From the NCBI GenBank assembly GCA_043798995.1, contig JAZDOD010000008.1:119468-183467 (forward strand): a stretch of 64,000 bases of DNA, read 5' to 3'. Within the stretch, counting starts at the first letter, position 1. The number at the start of each line of letters is the position of its first letter. Positions 47,454 through 57,050 of the stretch are shown piece after piece. This DNA is from a bacterium. GTDB taxonomy: Bacteria; Patescibacteriota; Patescibacteriia; JAACEG01; JAGUWE01. Both the position numbers and the translations under genes were made by a program. The notes under the pieces were generated by a model. It was not told the origin of the DNA. It saw nothing but the letters and a program-made list of their open reading frames with translations, and did no database searches.

Positions 47454-48413
47454 ATGTTCAATATCATTGGCAAAAAAAATTATTACTTCATTTTTTCCGG
47501 CGCTTTGTTTGTTTTAAGCGTGATTGCTTTATTCTTATGGGGTCTTAGAATCGGTATTGATTTTGTCGGCGGCAGTTCCTTGGAGGTAGAATTTGCTAAT
47601 GCTAATCGTCCAGACAGCCAAGAAGTAACGGAAGCTCTTAAAGATTTTAATTTAGGCGAAATAATTGTTCAGCCGGTAGCCGAGCAAGATATGATTTTAA
47701 AATTAAAATCAATTGATGAAGAAACTCATCAGAAAATTTTGGAAAAATTGCGCGGTTTGATTAAAACCGAAAGCGCTGTCCAGCAGAATAAAGACAGTCA
47801 AACGTTAGCCAGCGCAAATCAAAAGCCGGAATTGATTGAAAAACAATTTACTTCCATTGGCCCGACTATTGGCAAGGAATTAACCCGAAAAACCATTTGG
47901 GCCCTGATTTTAGCGAATATTTTAATTACCATTTACATTGCTTTTTCTTTCCGTAAAGTTTCCAAGCCGGTTCCTTCATGGCAGTATGGAGTAGCCGCTG
48001 TTTTGGCCTTGATTCATGATGTGATTATCACTTTAGGCGTTTTCGCCTTTTTGGGTCATTTCTTTAACATTGAGATTGACGCTTCATTTATTGCCGCGAT
48101 TTTAACCGTGATTGGTTTTTCAGTTCACGACTCAATCGTTGTTTTCGACAGAACCAGAGAAAATTTAATTAAGACCGTCCAGCAGTTTGAAGAAACTGTA
48201 AATTTCAGCGTTAACCAGACATTAGGCCGTTCAATTAGCACCTCAATGACGGCCATAATTGCAGTTTTAGCTATTTATCTTTTCGGCGGCCAGTCAACCA
48301 AATTAATCAGTTTGGCTTTAGTTATAGGTATTTTCTTCGGCACTTATTCTTCAATTTTTTTAGCCAGCCCTCTTTTGGTTGTTTGGCAAAAATTGAGCCA
48401 AAAAAGAAGATAA
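47454..48413 (+). CDS. secF: Protein translocase SecF
   Basis: GIDF.GG, IGPTIG.EL, HD, IGFSVHD.IVVFDR.REN and GTYSSIF.A motifs. Confidence 0.95.
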   Translation: MFNIIGKKNYYFIFSGALFVLSVIALFLWGLRIGIDFVGGSSLEVEFANANRPDSQEVTEALKDFNLGEIIVQPVAEQDMILKLKSIDEETHQKILEKLRGLIKTESAVQQNKDSQTLASANQKPELIEKQFTSIGPTIGKELTRKTIWALILANILITIYIAFSFRKVSKPVPSWQYGVAAVLALIHDVIITLGVFAFLGHFFNIEIDASFIAAILTVIGFSVHDSIVVFDRTRENLIKTVQQFEETVNFSVNQTLGRSISTSMTAIIAVLAIYLFGGQSTKLISLALVIGIFFGTYSSIFLASPLLVVWQKLSQKRR

Positions 48414-48562
48414 AATAAATTTAAAATTCTTTAAAAGTCCTAATATTAATTACAAAATAACCTCAAATTTAATTAAGTTCGCGTAAAAAGATACGATAAA
48501 GGTAAAGGTCGATTTTGCGAAAACACCCAAATTTTAATAATTTAATAATAAGGAAAAAAAAT

Positions 48563-48874
48563 ATGAGTATTGAAAATCCAAATTTAAACCAAGGGGAACA
48601 AAAAGAAATAATAAAAGAGGAGTTTGAGACCAGAAATTTTAATGACACTATTATGGTTAGAGTAACCGACCGTGGGAAAGAGATATTAAAAGAAAAAGGT
48701 GTTGATTATCTCAAGGAGAATGAGGAGGGCTGGACTGAAATAGCGCATTCTGATTTGATGAAAATTTTTGGCGAAGAGATGACCGTAGGTTCTTTTGTTG
48801 ATCATCCTAACAAAAAATTTCAGTTGCCTATCGAGCCAGATTACAGAATTAAAAAGCTAAAAGAAAAAAAATAA
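48563..48874 (+). CDS. Hypothetical protein
   Basis: ORF only. Confidence 0.55.
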   Translation: MSIENPNLNQGEQKEIIKEEFETRNFNDTIMVRVTDRGKEILKEKGVDYLKENEEGWTEIAHSDLMKIFGEEMTVGSFVDHPNKKFQLPIEPDYRIKKLKEKK

Positions 48875-49104
48875 AAATAAAATTTGTTCTGAACAGCGAA
48901 CTTCACTTGCCTGCCTCGTCGAGTCAAGGCGGGTTTCAGAGTTCCTTCGCTGTGTCACCCTGAGATCGTTTCAGGGTCTCAATGAGATGCTGAAACAAGT
49001 TCAGCATGACAAGATGGGCGAATCAGCAGACGGATTATTTCTCAATCTCCCGAGGCGGGACAAGTAAGTTCGGGATGACATTAAATAAGAAAGGGGGTGA
49101 GATT

Positions 49105-49362
49105 ATGGCAGAAGAAAAATTGATTGGCAAAATCACCCATTATTTTTCTAAAATCGGCGTGGCCGTGATTGGGTTAAGCGATACTTTAAAAGTCGGCAGT
49201 ACAATCCATATCAAAAACAGTGATCGCGACTTTAATCAGCAAGTTTCTTCCCTGCAGATTGAGCACGAACAGGTTAAAGAGGCAACCGCCGGCCAATCCG
49301 CTGGTCTTAAGGTTGATCAGAAAGTCCATGAAGGCGACGAGGTTTATTTGGTGAGCGAATAA
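49105..49362 (+). CDS. Small beta-barrel protein (translation-factor-like / peptidase U32 C-terminal-like)
   Basis: IGKITHYF.KIGVAV..L...LKVG; GGGGTGA SD. Confidence 0.75.
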   Translation: MAEEKLIGKITHYFSKIGVAVIGLSDTLKVGSTIHIKNSDRDFNQQVSSLQIEHEQVKEATAGQSAGLKVDQKVHEGDEVYLVSE

Positions 49363-49637
49363 AAATAATATTATCTCAAATTATTATTCTATGTCACTGC
49401 GCACTTGCCTGCTCGCCGTAATTTTAATGCAGGCGGGATGCGGAATCCATACATTGTTTCTGTGAAAAAATAGATTATTGTTTAAAACTGGATTCCCGCT
49501 TTCGCGGGAATGACAGATTAGAGATTAAAAATTTTCAAAGTTTTTTAATTGTGAGCAAAAGTTCATTTTTTTATTTTTTAAATACCCAATGATCTTGCCA
49601 GAAATTATTTTTTGCTATATATAAATAACTAATCAAA

Positions 49638-49648
49638 GCTCTTTAACA
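49638..49648 (+). promoter_or_regulatory. boxA-like sequence in the purM leader
   Basis: GCTCTTTAACA matches the rrn/lambda boxA consensus. Confidence 0.5.
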
Positions 49649-49705
49649 ATCAAATAATTCGATATTTTATAAAAATGATAAAAACCATGTGAAAAGGAGG
49701 AGAAA

Positions 49706-50854
49706 ATGGAAGAAAAATGCAGAATTTGCGGTAATCCAGAAGCTTATGATGGGGTAAGTAATTTAGTACAATACATAGAATATCCTGAGAAATTATGCAG
49801 TGGTTGCATAAAATGGCTTCGCGGATTTTATGAAGGAAAGGAAAAAAGTTTAACCTACAAAGATAGCGGCGTTGACATCGAGGCCGGAAATCAAGCTGTT
49901 CAACTAATTAAAAACAAGATTGAACAAACCTTTAAGTTTTTCCCCGGAAAAGTTTTAAATGAATTGGGCGGCTTTTGTTCCGTAGCAGAATTGCAAAACG
50001 GAACAGTTATCGGCACAACTACCGACGGAGTTGGCACTAAAGTTAAAATCGCGATTTTATTAAATAGACACGACACCATTGGCATTGATTTAGTAGCAAT
50101 GTGCGTTAATGATTTAATTGTCCATAACGTCAACCCAGCTGGTTTTCTTGACTATATTGCCCAAGGAAAACAGATTCCGGAGCGAACGGACGCGTTAATT
50201 AGTGGTATGATTTCCAGCTGTAATTCAGCCAAAACAGCGCTCTTAGGCGGAGAAATGGCGGAAATGCCTGGAATATACAAAGAGGAAGATTATGATTTGG
50301 CTGGTTTTGCTTTTGGTTTTGCTAAATCAAAGGGTGATCTAATTTTTGGCCAGAAAATAAGACCGGGGATGAAGGTTTTTGGGTTGCCGTCTTTCGGTCT
50401 CCATTCCAATGGTTATAGTTTGGCAAGAAAAGTCTACGGTATTGATGACTCTAAACCCGAGGAAGCGATCAAAATATTAAACAGCCAATTCATGCGCACC
50501 ACTTTCTCTCTTGGCGATGAGTTGCTAAGAGCTACAATGATTTATGTTCAAACGGTCGAATATTTGTTAAAAAGATACGAAATAGCCGGCATGGCTCATA
50601 TTACCGGCGGGGGATTAGTTGAAAATCCGCTGCGAATTTTACCCGAAGGTTGTGCTATACGAATTGATTGGGAACGCTGGCCGATTTTGCCGATTTTCAA
50701 AGATATCCAGCAAAAAGGCAACATCTCGGATAGAGAAATGCGTCGGACCTTTAATAACGGCATTGGTTTTATTTTGATTTCTCCCGATGAAATTCAAGAG
50801 GCCTATGAAATCGGCGAAATTATCGAAGGTGAAAGAGTTGTTATTTTTGATTAA
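49706..50854 (+). CDS. purM: AIR synthase with an N-terminal CxxC..CxxC extension
   Basis: TY..SGVDI.AG, DGVGTK, VAMCVND, GGE.AEMP, GLHSNGYSL, HITGGG and TFN.G.G motifs. Confidence 0.92.
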   Translation: MEEKCRICGNPEAYDGVSNLVQYIEYPEKLCSGCIKWLRGFYEGKEKSLTYKDSGVDIEAGNQAVQLIKNKIEQTFKFFPGKVLNELGGFCSVAELQNGTVIGTTTDGVGTKVKIAILLNRHDTIGIDLVAMCVNDLIVHNVNPAGFLDYIAQGKQIPERTDALISGMISSCNSAKTALLGGEMAEMPGIYKEEDYDLAGFAFGFAKSKGDLIFGQKIRPGMKVFGLPSFGLHSNGYSLARKVYGIDDSKPEEAIKILNSQFMRTTFSLGDELLRATMIYVQTVEYLLKRYEIAGMAHITGGGLVENPLRILPEGCAIRIDWERWPILPIFKDIQQKGNISDREMRRTFNNGIGFILISPDEIQEAYEIGEIIEGERVVIFD

Positions 50855-50911
50855 CAAAGAAGAATTCAATACTGAGGTTCAAAAAATTCTCAAAGAAAAA
50901 AGGAGGTTAAA

Positions 50912-51106
50912 ATGCCAAAAAAAGAAGTGAAACAAATAGTTTGTCCGCTTTGCTTGCAAGAAATGAGAGTAGAAAAAAGGCAATTTATTTTTGAATGTTT
51001 TGAAGGCAAAATTCACTCTTTTACCACCGATACCCAGACCAGCCCATTGGCTAAAAAAGTTGCTGAGCTGGACTGCCAGATCGCCCATCAACTTATTCTG
51101 TCTTAA
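50912..51106 (+). CDS. Small putative zinc-ribbon protein
   Basis: AGGAGGT SD; CPLC...C...H. Confidence 0.55.
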   Translation: MPKKEVKQIVCPLCLQEMRVEKRQFIFECFEGKIHSFTTDTQTSPLAKKVAELDCQIAHQLILS

Positions 51107-51217
51107 AACTTGACGCCAAACCCTCTTTATGTTAAAAACAAAACAAGGAGGGTTTTTCTTTATTGATTAAAAAAATTTAAAAAGGCCTTCGCGAGAAGCC
51201 TTTTTTCTTTCTTGAAT

Positions 51218-52319
51218 TGCATAAGTTCACATACATATTGGACTCTTTGAAGGAATCCAGGGTATGCAAATCCACTCTAAGTACCGGGGAATAAAAGGTT
51301 TTGTCAGAACCTACAATTATGGCCTAAAATGGTTGCATATGATTACTGACAAAGCCAAGTACAAAGCCCGAGTTTTGGCCTTTTGGTCAAAACACGGCCT
51401 TCAGGCCACCCTCGATGCCTTTCCGGCCAAACGTTCAATCTTGTTTTACTGGAAAAGAAAACTCAAGGCAGGCCAAGGAAAACTCGAATCTTTAAACAAC
51501 CAATCACGCACACCTCAAGCTAAAAGGAAACGCCTTTGGCCTGAGCCGGTCTTAGCAGAAATCAAGCGCCTAAGATGGACTTATCCTAATTTAGGCAAAG
51601 ACAAAATCTATCCTTTGCTCCTAAAATACTGTCAGGCCAACAATCTTAAATGTCCCACTGCCTCAACTATCGGCCGGTTGATTCAGGATCTGGGCGGACT
51701 GCGGATTTTCCCTCAAAAGGTAAGTCATTTTGGCAAGGTTAAACTACTAAAAAGAGCCAAAGTTTTTAGAAAACCCAAAGATTTTAAAGCAGAATACCCT
51801 GGTCATCTGGTCGCCTTAGACACGATTGAAAGGTTTATCCACGGCGTCAGGCGTTATGTTATCACCTTTGAAGATATTTACACCCGTTTCAGTTTTGCTT
51901 GGGCAACTAAAAGTCATGCCAGTTTGGCAGCTAAAGAATTCTTTAACTACTGCTGCTTAGTTTTTCCCTATCCCATAACCTTTGCCCTAACTGATAATGG
52001 CAGTGAATTTAAAAAACATTTTAACAGCGAGCTGATTAAGTTGCATATTGCTCATTATCATACTTATCCCAGGACTCCTAAAATGAACTCTCACTGCGAA
52101 AGATTCAACCGCACCATCCAGGAAGAGTTTGTTGATTACCATGCCGGTGAGTTGCTTGAACCGGCAAGCTTTAACCGCTCTCTGATGACCTGGCTCATCT
52201 GGTACAATACCGAAAGGCCGCACTTTGCTTTTCAAAACAAGCTTTCGCCTGTACAATACATCGTGTCTTTAGAAAGAGCTAAAAAACTAACCGAGTCCAA
52301 AGTAGGGTGGACGCATACA
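51218..52319 (+). mobile_element. IS481-like insertion sequence
   Basis: Imperfect ~27-bp TIRs (tgcata...ttggactc / gagtccaa...cataca) with TGAAT duplicated on both sides. Confidence 0.85.
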
Positions 52320-52322
52320 TGA
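51264..52322 (+). CDS. DDE (rve) transposase
   Basis: ALDT, TDNGSEF, ERFNRTIQEEF and WYNTERPH motifs. Confidence 0.92.
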   Translation: MQIHSKYRGIKGFVRTYNYGLKWLHMITDKAKYKARVLAFWSKHGLQATLDAFPAKRSILFYWKRKLKAGQGKLESLNNQSRTPQAKRKRLWPEPVLAEIKRLRWTYPNLGKDKIYPLLLKYCQANNLKCPTASTIGRLIQDLGGLRIFPQKVSHFGKVKLLKRAKVFRKPKDFKAEYPGHLVALDTIERFIHGVRRYVITFEDIYTRFSFAWATKSHASLAAKEFFNYCCLVFPYPITFALTDNGSEFKKHFNSELIKLHIAHYHTYPRTPKMNSHCERFNRTIQEEFVDYHAGELLEPASFNRSLMTWLIWYNTERPHFAFQNKLSPVQYIVSLERAKKLTESKVGWTHT

Positions 52323-52324
52323 AT

Positions 52325-52353
52325 TTGACATTTTTAATTAAATTAATTAAAAT
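52325..52353 (+). promoter_or_regulatory. Sigma70 promoter upstream of infA
   Basis: TTGACA-17bp-TAAAAT. Confidence 0.65.
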
Positions 52354-52446
52354 ACATTTAAGTGTTGACAGGTTTTAATAATTAAGATAAAATAATTTTG
52401 TTTGGGGTTTGTTAAAGAACGAATTCCCCAAATTTTTTAGTTTTTT

Positions 52447-52683
52447 ATGGAACAGCACTCCACCTCCTCTCCTAGCAAAGATTTTCTTGAATCCCGGGGC
52501 AAAGTAATGGAATTGTTGCCGGCAGCGACATTCAAGGTTAAACTTGAAAACGGCCATGAGATTATTGCCCATCTTTCCGGCAGAATGCGGCTTAATAAAA
52601 TCCGGATTTTACCCGGCGATGAGGTTAAGGTCCAGATGACGCCTTATGATTTAACTAAAGGGAGAATTATCTATCGCCATTAA
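52447..52683 (+). CDS. infA: Translation initiation factor IF-1
   Basis: AHLSG.MR...IRILPGD.V.V..TPYDL.KGRI.YR. Confidence 0.96.
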   Translation: MEQHSTSSPSKDFLESRGKVMELLPAATFKVKLENGHEIIAHLSGRMRLNKIRILPGDEVKVQMTPYDLTKGRIIYRH

Positions 52684-52697
52684 ATAAAGGGCATTAA

Positions 52698-52812
52698 ACC
52701 CCTTGATATCAGCGCTCGCCTCGCCTCGCCGTAGCCTTCGGCGAAGCGCGGGTCGGAAATGAATCCGCCAGCTGGTGGATTCATAACTCTCGCTCGCTTG
52801 ATAATAAAAAAA
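52698..52812 (+). repeat. Dispersed intergenic element (relative of 9178-9257) with two nested hairpin elements
   Basis: ccccttgatatcagcgctcgc ... ctcgctcgcttgataataaaaa. Confidence 0.8.
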
Positions 52813-52853
52813 TTGTTTTTTTGTTTGTTCGGTCTTGTTTTAATTTAAAGATT

Positions 52854-52967
52854 ATGAAAGTAGGGGCTTCAGCTAAGAAAATTTGTAAGGATTGTCGCGT
52901 TGTCAGAAGGAAAAAACGCGTTTTTATTATTTGTAAAAATCCAAAACACAAACAAAGACAAGGATAA
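52854..52967 (+). CDS. rpmJ: 50S ribosomal protein L36 (absent from the ORF track)
   Basis: [37 protein letters not shown]. Confidence 0.96.
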   Translation: MKVGASAKKICKDCRVVRRKKRVFIICKNPKHKQRQG

Positions 52968-53230
52968 GCGCTTGCGAATCAAGGGAAATTACAAGCTCCA
53001 AACTCCAAATCCCAAACAAATCCCAATCTTTTGGGGTTATGGTCTAAGGTTTACGGTTTATGGAAGCCAGTTTAGTAAAATGGTTTAAGGTTTATAGTAA
53101 AAAATAATACCAAAGACAATAAACTATTAACCAAACCAGCAGCCATAAACTATAAACTAAAGACAAAAATCTTTAATTTATTTAGGTTAATTAGAATAAT
53201 TAGGTCAATTAGAAATTTTGATTGAAACAT

Positions 53231-53620
53231 ATGCCTCGTATTGCCGGAGTAAATTTACCACAAAGCAAAAGAATTGAAATAGGTTTAACCTATATTTTTG
53301 GTATTGGCAGAAGTTTGTCCAATAAAATTTTGGCTACAGCGAAAATTAATCCGGATAAACGGAGTTCAGAGCTAACCGAAGCCGAGGTTAATACTTTGCG
53401 CGAAATCATTGAAAAACAGCATAAAGTTGAAGGTGATTTAAAAAGAGAAATTTTGTCCAATATTAAGCGATTAAAGGAAATTGGTTGTTACCGGGGCATT
53501 CGGCATACAAGGCATTTGCCAGTCAGGGGGCAGAGAACAAAAACTAATACTAGAACCGTCCGCGGCAATGTTCGCCGAACCACAGGATCTGGCCGTCGAC
53601 CAACGGCGCAAAAAACCTAA
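53231..53620 (+). CDS. rpsM: 30S ribosomal protein S13
   Basis: MPRIAGV; YRGIRH...[11 protein letters not shown]. Confidence 0.97.
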   Translation: MPRIAGVNLPQSKRIEIGLTYIFGIGRSLSNKILATAKINPDKRSSELTEAEVNTLREIIEKQHKVEGDLKREILSNIKRLKEIGCYRGIRHTRHLPVRGQRTKTNTRTVRGNVRRTTGSGRRPTAQKT

Positions 53621-53700
53621 ACCAATGCTAATAATATGCGAATTGAATGCGAATGCTACGAATATAATTTTAAAAATAAAGAATTGAATATTAAATTTTT

Positions 53701-54159
53701 ATGGTAGAAGAAAAATCAATAAAACAATCGGACGAGAAAACTGAAGTTTTGTTTTCCGAGCAGCCGGCTAAAGCAGTAAAAAAAGGTGGCCAAAGCAAAA
53801 AAATGCCAAGGCAAGTAGCCAACGGCCGAGCTTATGTTAAAGCAACTTATAATAATACTATTGTCACTTTAACCGATCAGGCAGGCAATGTTCTTGCCAG
53901 TGCGAGCGCGGGACAGGCCGGTTTTAAGGGGCCGAAAAAATCAACGCCCTACGCTGCTTCAATTATTGTCAGAAATGCGGTTGATAAAGTTAGAATTTAC
54001 GGCTTAAAAAATGTCAGTGTTTTTGTTAAGGGCGTTGGTTCTGGCCGAGAGTCTGCCATCCGGGCTTTTAATACCAATGGTTTAAATGTTGTTTCAATAA
54101 AAGATGTCACGCCGATTCCTCATAACGGTTGTCGTCCGAAAAAACCAAGACGTGTCTAA
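53701..54159 (+). CDS. rpsK: 30S ribosomal protein S11
   Basis: KSTPYAA; [12 protein letters not shown]. Confidence 0.97.
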   Translation: MVEEKSIKQSDEKTEVLFSEQPAKAVKKGGQSKKMPRQVANGRAYVKATYNNTIVTLTDQAGNVLASASAGQAGFKGPKKSTPYAASIIVRNAVDKVRIYGLKNVSVFVKGVGSGRESAIRAFNTNGLNVVSIKDVTPIPHNGCRPKKPRRV

Positions 54160-54172
54160 AATAAATTTAATT

Positions 54173-54817
54173 ATGCAAAAGACTAATGCTAAATGTAAAA
54201 AATGTCGCCGTGAAGGCAAGAAGCTGTTTCTAAAAGGGGAGCGCTGTTTTAGCGCTAAATGCGCTATTGTAAAAAGAAATTATCCGCCGGGGATTCACGG
54301 AACAAAAGCCAGGACCAAATCAAAAAGAGGTTTAAGTGCTTACGGTCAGCAGCTTAGAGAAAAGCAGGTTGCCAAAAAAGTTTATAATCTTAATGAAAAA
54401 CAATTTGCCAATTATTTCAAGAAAGCTATCAGACAAAAAGGCGATACCGGCGAAAATCTTCTTCAGTTTTTAGAATTACGACTTGATAATGTTATTTATC
54501 GGGTCGGTTTAGTGTCTTCGCGAAAATTAGCCCGCCAATTAGTAAGTCATGGTTATTTTCAGGTCAATGGTAAAAATATTAATATTCCTTCCTACAATTT
54601 AAAAACAAACGATAAAATAACCATTAAACCGGCAAAAATTAATAAAAAAATCCTAGATAATATTAAAGAATCAATCAAAGAAAAAAAAGACAATTTCTCT
54701 AGCTGGTTAAATTTAGATAAAGATAGTTTTGCAATTACCATCTTGGCAAAACCAAACTTTAAAGAGGTGGAACGTCTTTTTGATATTAAGATGATCGTTG
54801 AGTTTTACTCCAAATAA
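54173..54817 (+). CDS. rpsD: 30S ribosomal protein S4
   Basis: C..CRREG.KLFLKG.RC, QLREKQ, LE.RLDN and IVEFYS motifs. Confidence 0.96.
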   Translation: MQKTNAKCKKCRREGKKLFLKGERCFSAKCAIVKRNYPPGIHGTKARTKSKRGLSAYGQQLREKQVAKKVYNLNEKQFANYFKKAIRQKGDTGENLLQFLELRLDNVIYRVGLVSSRKLARQLVSHGYFQVNGKNINIPSYNLKTNDKITIKPAKINKKILDNIKESIKEKKDNFSSWLNLDKDSFAITILAKPNFKEVERLFDIKMIVEFYSK

Positions 54818-54844
54818 TAATCATTAAAATAGATAAAAAAAATT

Positions 54845-55669
54845 ATGGAAAAAATACCTTTGCCCGCAAAAATCATTTTTGAAAAAACTTCTAATCAAAA
54901 TCAAATTATCGCAACCATAGAGCCGTTTTATCCCGGTTATGGCACGACTATCGGTAATAGCTTAAGAAGAATAATGCTTTCTTCTTTGACCGGCGCAGCT
55001 ATTACCGGCATTAAAATTAAAGGCATCCAGCATGAATTTTCAACCATTCCTAATATTTTAGAGGATTTTATTCAGATAGTTTTGAATCTTAAATTAGTTC
55101 GTCTTAAGGTTTTTACTGACGAAACTGTCAAATTAATTTTATCAGCCAAAGGCGAGGGCAAGGTTACCACTAAAGACATTAAGACAACCAGTGATGCAGA
55201 AATAGTTAATCCTAATCAGCCTATTGCCACCCTAACGGCCAAGAATGCCGAGCTTAACATGGAAATCTATGCCAAGCGTGGTCGTGGTTTTTGGCCGGTT
55301 GAGGAAAGGGCCGGCGAACAGGAAGTCGGCGTTATTGCCATTGATGCGCTTTTTACTCCGGTCAGAAAAGTAGGACTACGAATTGAAAATGTCCGGGTCG
55401 GACAGATGACCAATTATGAAAAAGTCGTTTTTGACATTGAAACCGATGGCACCATCCGTCCAGAGCAAGCTCTTCTTGACTCGGTAAAAATTTTGATTGA
55501 ACAATTTAATTTTTTTGTTGAAAATATTAAAATTGAAGAAGAAAAAAAAGCGCGAAAAGGAGAAAAGGCCGAGGCAGAAACCAAACCTAAAAAGACCAAA
55601 GAAAAAAAAGAAAAGAAAGAAAAAGAATCTTCTAAAGCTCAAAAAACTAAGAAAAAAGCAAAAAAGTAA
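54845..55669 (+). CDS. rpoA: RNA polymerase alpha subunit lacking a recognisable CTD
   Basis: EP..PGYG.TIGNSLRR, HEFS.I, IDA.F.PV and IETDG motifs; Lys/Glu-rich tail. Confidence 0.93.
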   Translation: MEKIPLPAKIIFEKTSNQNQIIATIEPFYPGYGTTIGNSLRRIMLSSLTGAAITGIKIKGIQHEFSTIPNILEDFIQIVLNLKLVRLKVFTDETVKLILSAKGEGKVTTKDIKTTSDAEIVNPNQPIATLTAKNAELNMEIYAKRGRGFWPVEERAGEQEVGVIAIDALFTPVRKVGLRIENVRVGQMTNYEKVVFDIETDGTIRPEQALLDSVKILIEQFNFFVENIKIEEEKKARKGEKAEAETKPKKTKEKKEKKEKESSKAQKTKKKAKK

Positions 55670-55672
55670 AAT

Positions 55673-56023
55673 ATGAGACATCAAAAAAAAACGATAAAAC
55701 TCGACCGAAAGTCAGGACCAAGAAAAGCATTGCTTAAAAATTTAGCCATGAGCGTTATAATTTATGAAAAGATTACAACCACCGAAGCTAAAGCCAAAGC
55801 GGTTAAGCCGCTGGTTGAGAAATTAGTAACTTTAGGCAAGGAAAATAGTTTAGCAAATTATCGCAAGCTTCTTCGGTCTTTACCGACAGAAAAAGCGGCC
55901 AAAAAAGTTATAGAAGTTTTGGGGCCAAAATACAAAGAAAGAAAAGGCGGCTACCTCCGGCTTGTTAAGGTTATTTCGAGAAAAGGCGATGGAGCAAAAA
56001 TGGTAAGAGTAGAATTTGTTTGA
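55673..56023 (+). CDS. rplQ: 50S ribosomal protein L17
   Basis: MRH...L.R; I.TT.AKAK; R.GGY.R; R.GDGA. Confidence 0.96.
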   Translation: MRHQKKTIKLDRKSGPRKALLKNLAMSVIIYEKITTTEAKAKAVKPLVEKLVTLGKENSLANYRKLLRSLPTEKAAKKVIEVLGPKYKERKGGYLRLVKVISRKGDGAKMVRVEFV

Positions 56024-56077
56024 AAATTAATATATTATATATATACATACATATATTTTAAAATTAATTTTTAAAAA

Positions 56078-56665
56078 ATGTTTGGTAAAATTTCTTTTCT
56101 CACAGGTACTTTGTTTTTAATTTTAGTAGCTTTAATCGGCGGAGTTGTGATTTATTTCGTTTATGATGCTTCGTTAAACGAAATAACAAGAATTAATCAA
56201 ATCTACGCCAAAACTAAAGAAACCATCGCCGTAGATGTCTACTTTTGTCACAGCGGTCCGGGGGAAGCTCAGTCCTGCGAATGTGATTCGCCGGTAAGCA
56301 GACGAATTACCAGTTCACCGAATATGAAAATTGTTGCGACCGCGGCCATTAATAAATTTTTGGAAAGCCCGACCGTTAAAGAAAAAGAAGAGGGTTATTC
56401 AAGCGGTATTCCCACTAAAGAACAGATCGCAAGTTATAAGAGCGCTACGGGTAAAGAAATAGGGGATGAGATAAAACTTTTAGGGTTAACAATTGAAAAC
56501 AGCATGGCCACAGCTAATTTTTCTGAAGAATTATTGGCTTATGGCGGCAGTAGTTGCCGGGCCAAATCAATCAGCTCTTCAATTGCCAATACTTTGCTTC
56601 AGTTCAGCAGCATAAAAGGCGTCAAAATTTTAGTTAATAATAATCCAACCAGTTTACAGCCTTAA
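56078..56665 (+). CDS. GerMN-domain membrane-anchored protein
   Basis: TM helix, VYF, PV.R, PT..E...GY.S.IP and I..TL.QF..I..V motifs. Confidence 0.75.
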   Translation: MFGKISFLTGTLFLILVALIGGVVIYFVYDASLNEITRINQIYAKTKETIAVDVYFCHSGPGEAQSCECDSPVSRRITSSPNMKIVATAAINKFLESPTVKEKEEGYSSGIPTKEQIASYKSATGKEIGDEIKLLGLTIENSMATANFSEELLAYGGSSCRAKSISSSIANTLLQFSSIKGVKILVNNNPTSLQP

Positions 56666-56673
56666 ATTAAAAT

Positions 56674-57048
56674 ATGAAAAAGAAAACCGTTAAAAATCCG
56701 GCAAAAAAAGTTTATACTTTAGATGCCACCGGACAAATTTTAGGTCGTTTGGCAAGTCAGACAGCCATCCTTTTACTTGGTAAAAATAAAGTTTCATATT
56801 TGCCTAATAAATTAAATCAAGACGAAGTAATTGTTAAAAATATCTCAAAATTGAGGTTTTCCGGCAAGAAAACCGAGCAAAAAAAATATTACCATTATTC
56901 CGGCTACCCCGGCGGCTTAAAGACAAAAAAGTTTGAAGAAATTTTTGCCAAAAATCCAGCCCAAATTTTTAAACAGGCCGTTTCCAAGATGCTGCCGAAA
57001 AATAGATTGAGGCCAAAACTTTTAAAACATCTTAAGCCTGAAAATTAG
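56674..57048 (+). CDS. rplM: 50S ribosomal protein L13 (short form)
   Basis: DA.G.ILGRLAS; YY..SGYPGGLK; MLPKN.L. Confidence 0.95.
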   Translation: MKKKTVKNPAKKVYTLDATGQILGRLASQTAILLLGKNKVSYLPNKLNQDEVIVKNISKLRFSGKKTEQKKYYHYSGYPGGLKTKKFEEIFAKNPAQIFKQAVSKMLPKNRLRPKLLKHLKPEN

Positions 57049-57050
57049 TT

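Noticed and set aside
52900-53088. 62-aa ORF in the track
   Set aside because: Out-of-frame overlap with the real rpmJ plus a heptamer repeat tract
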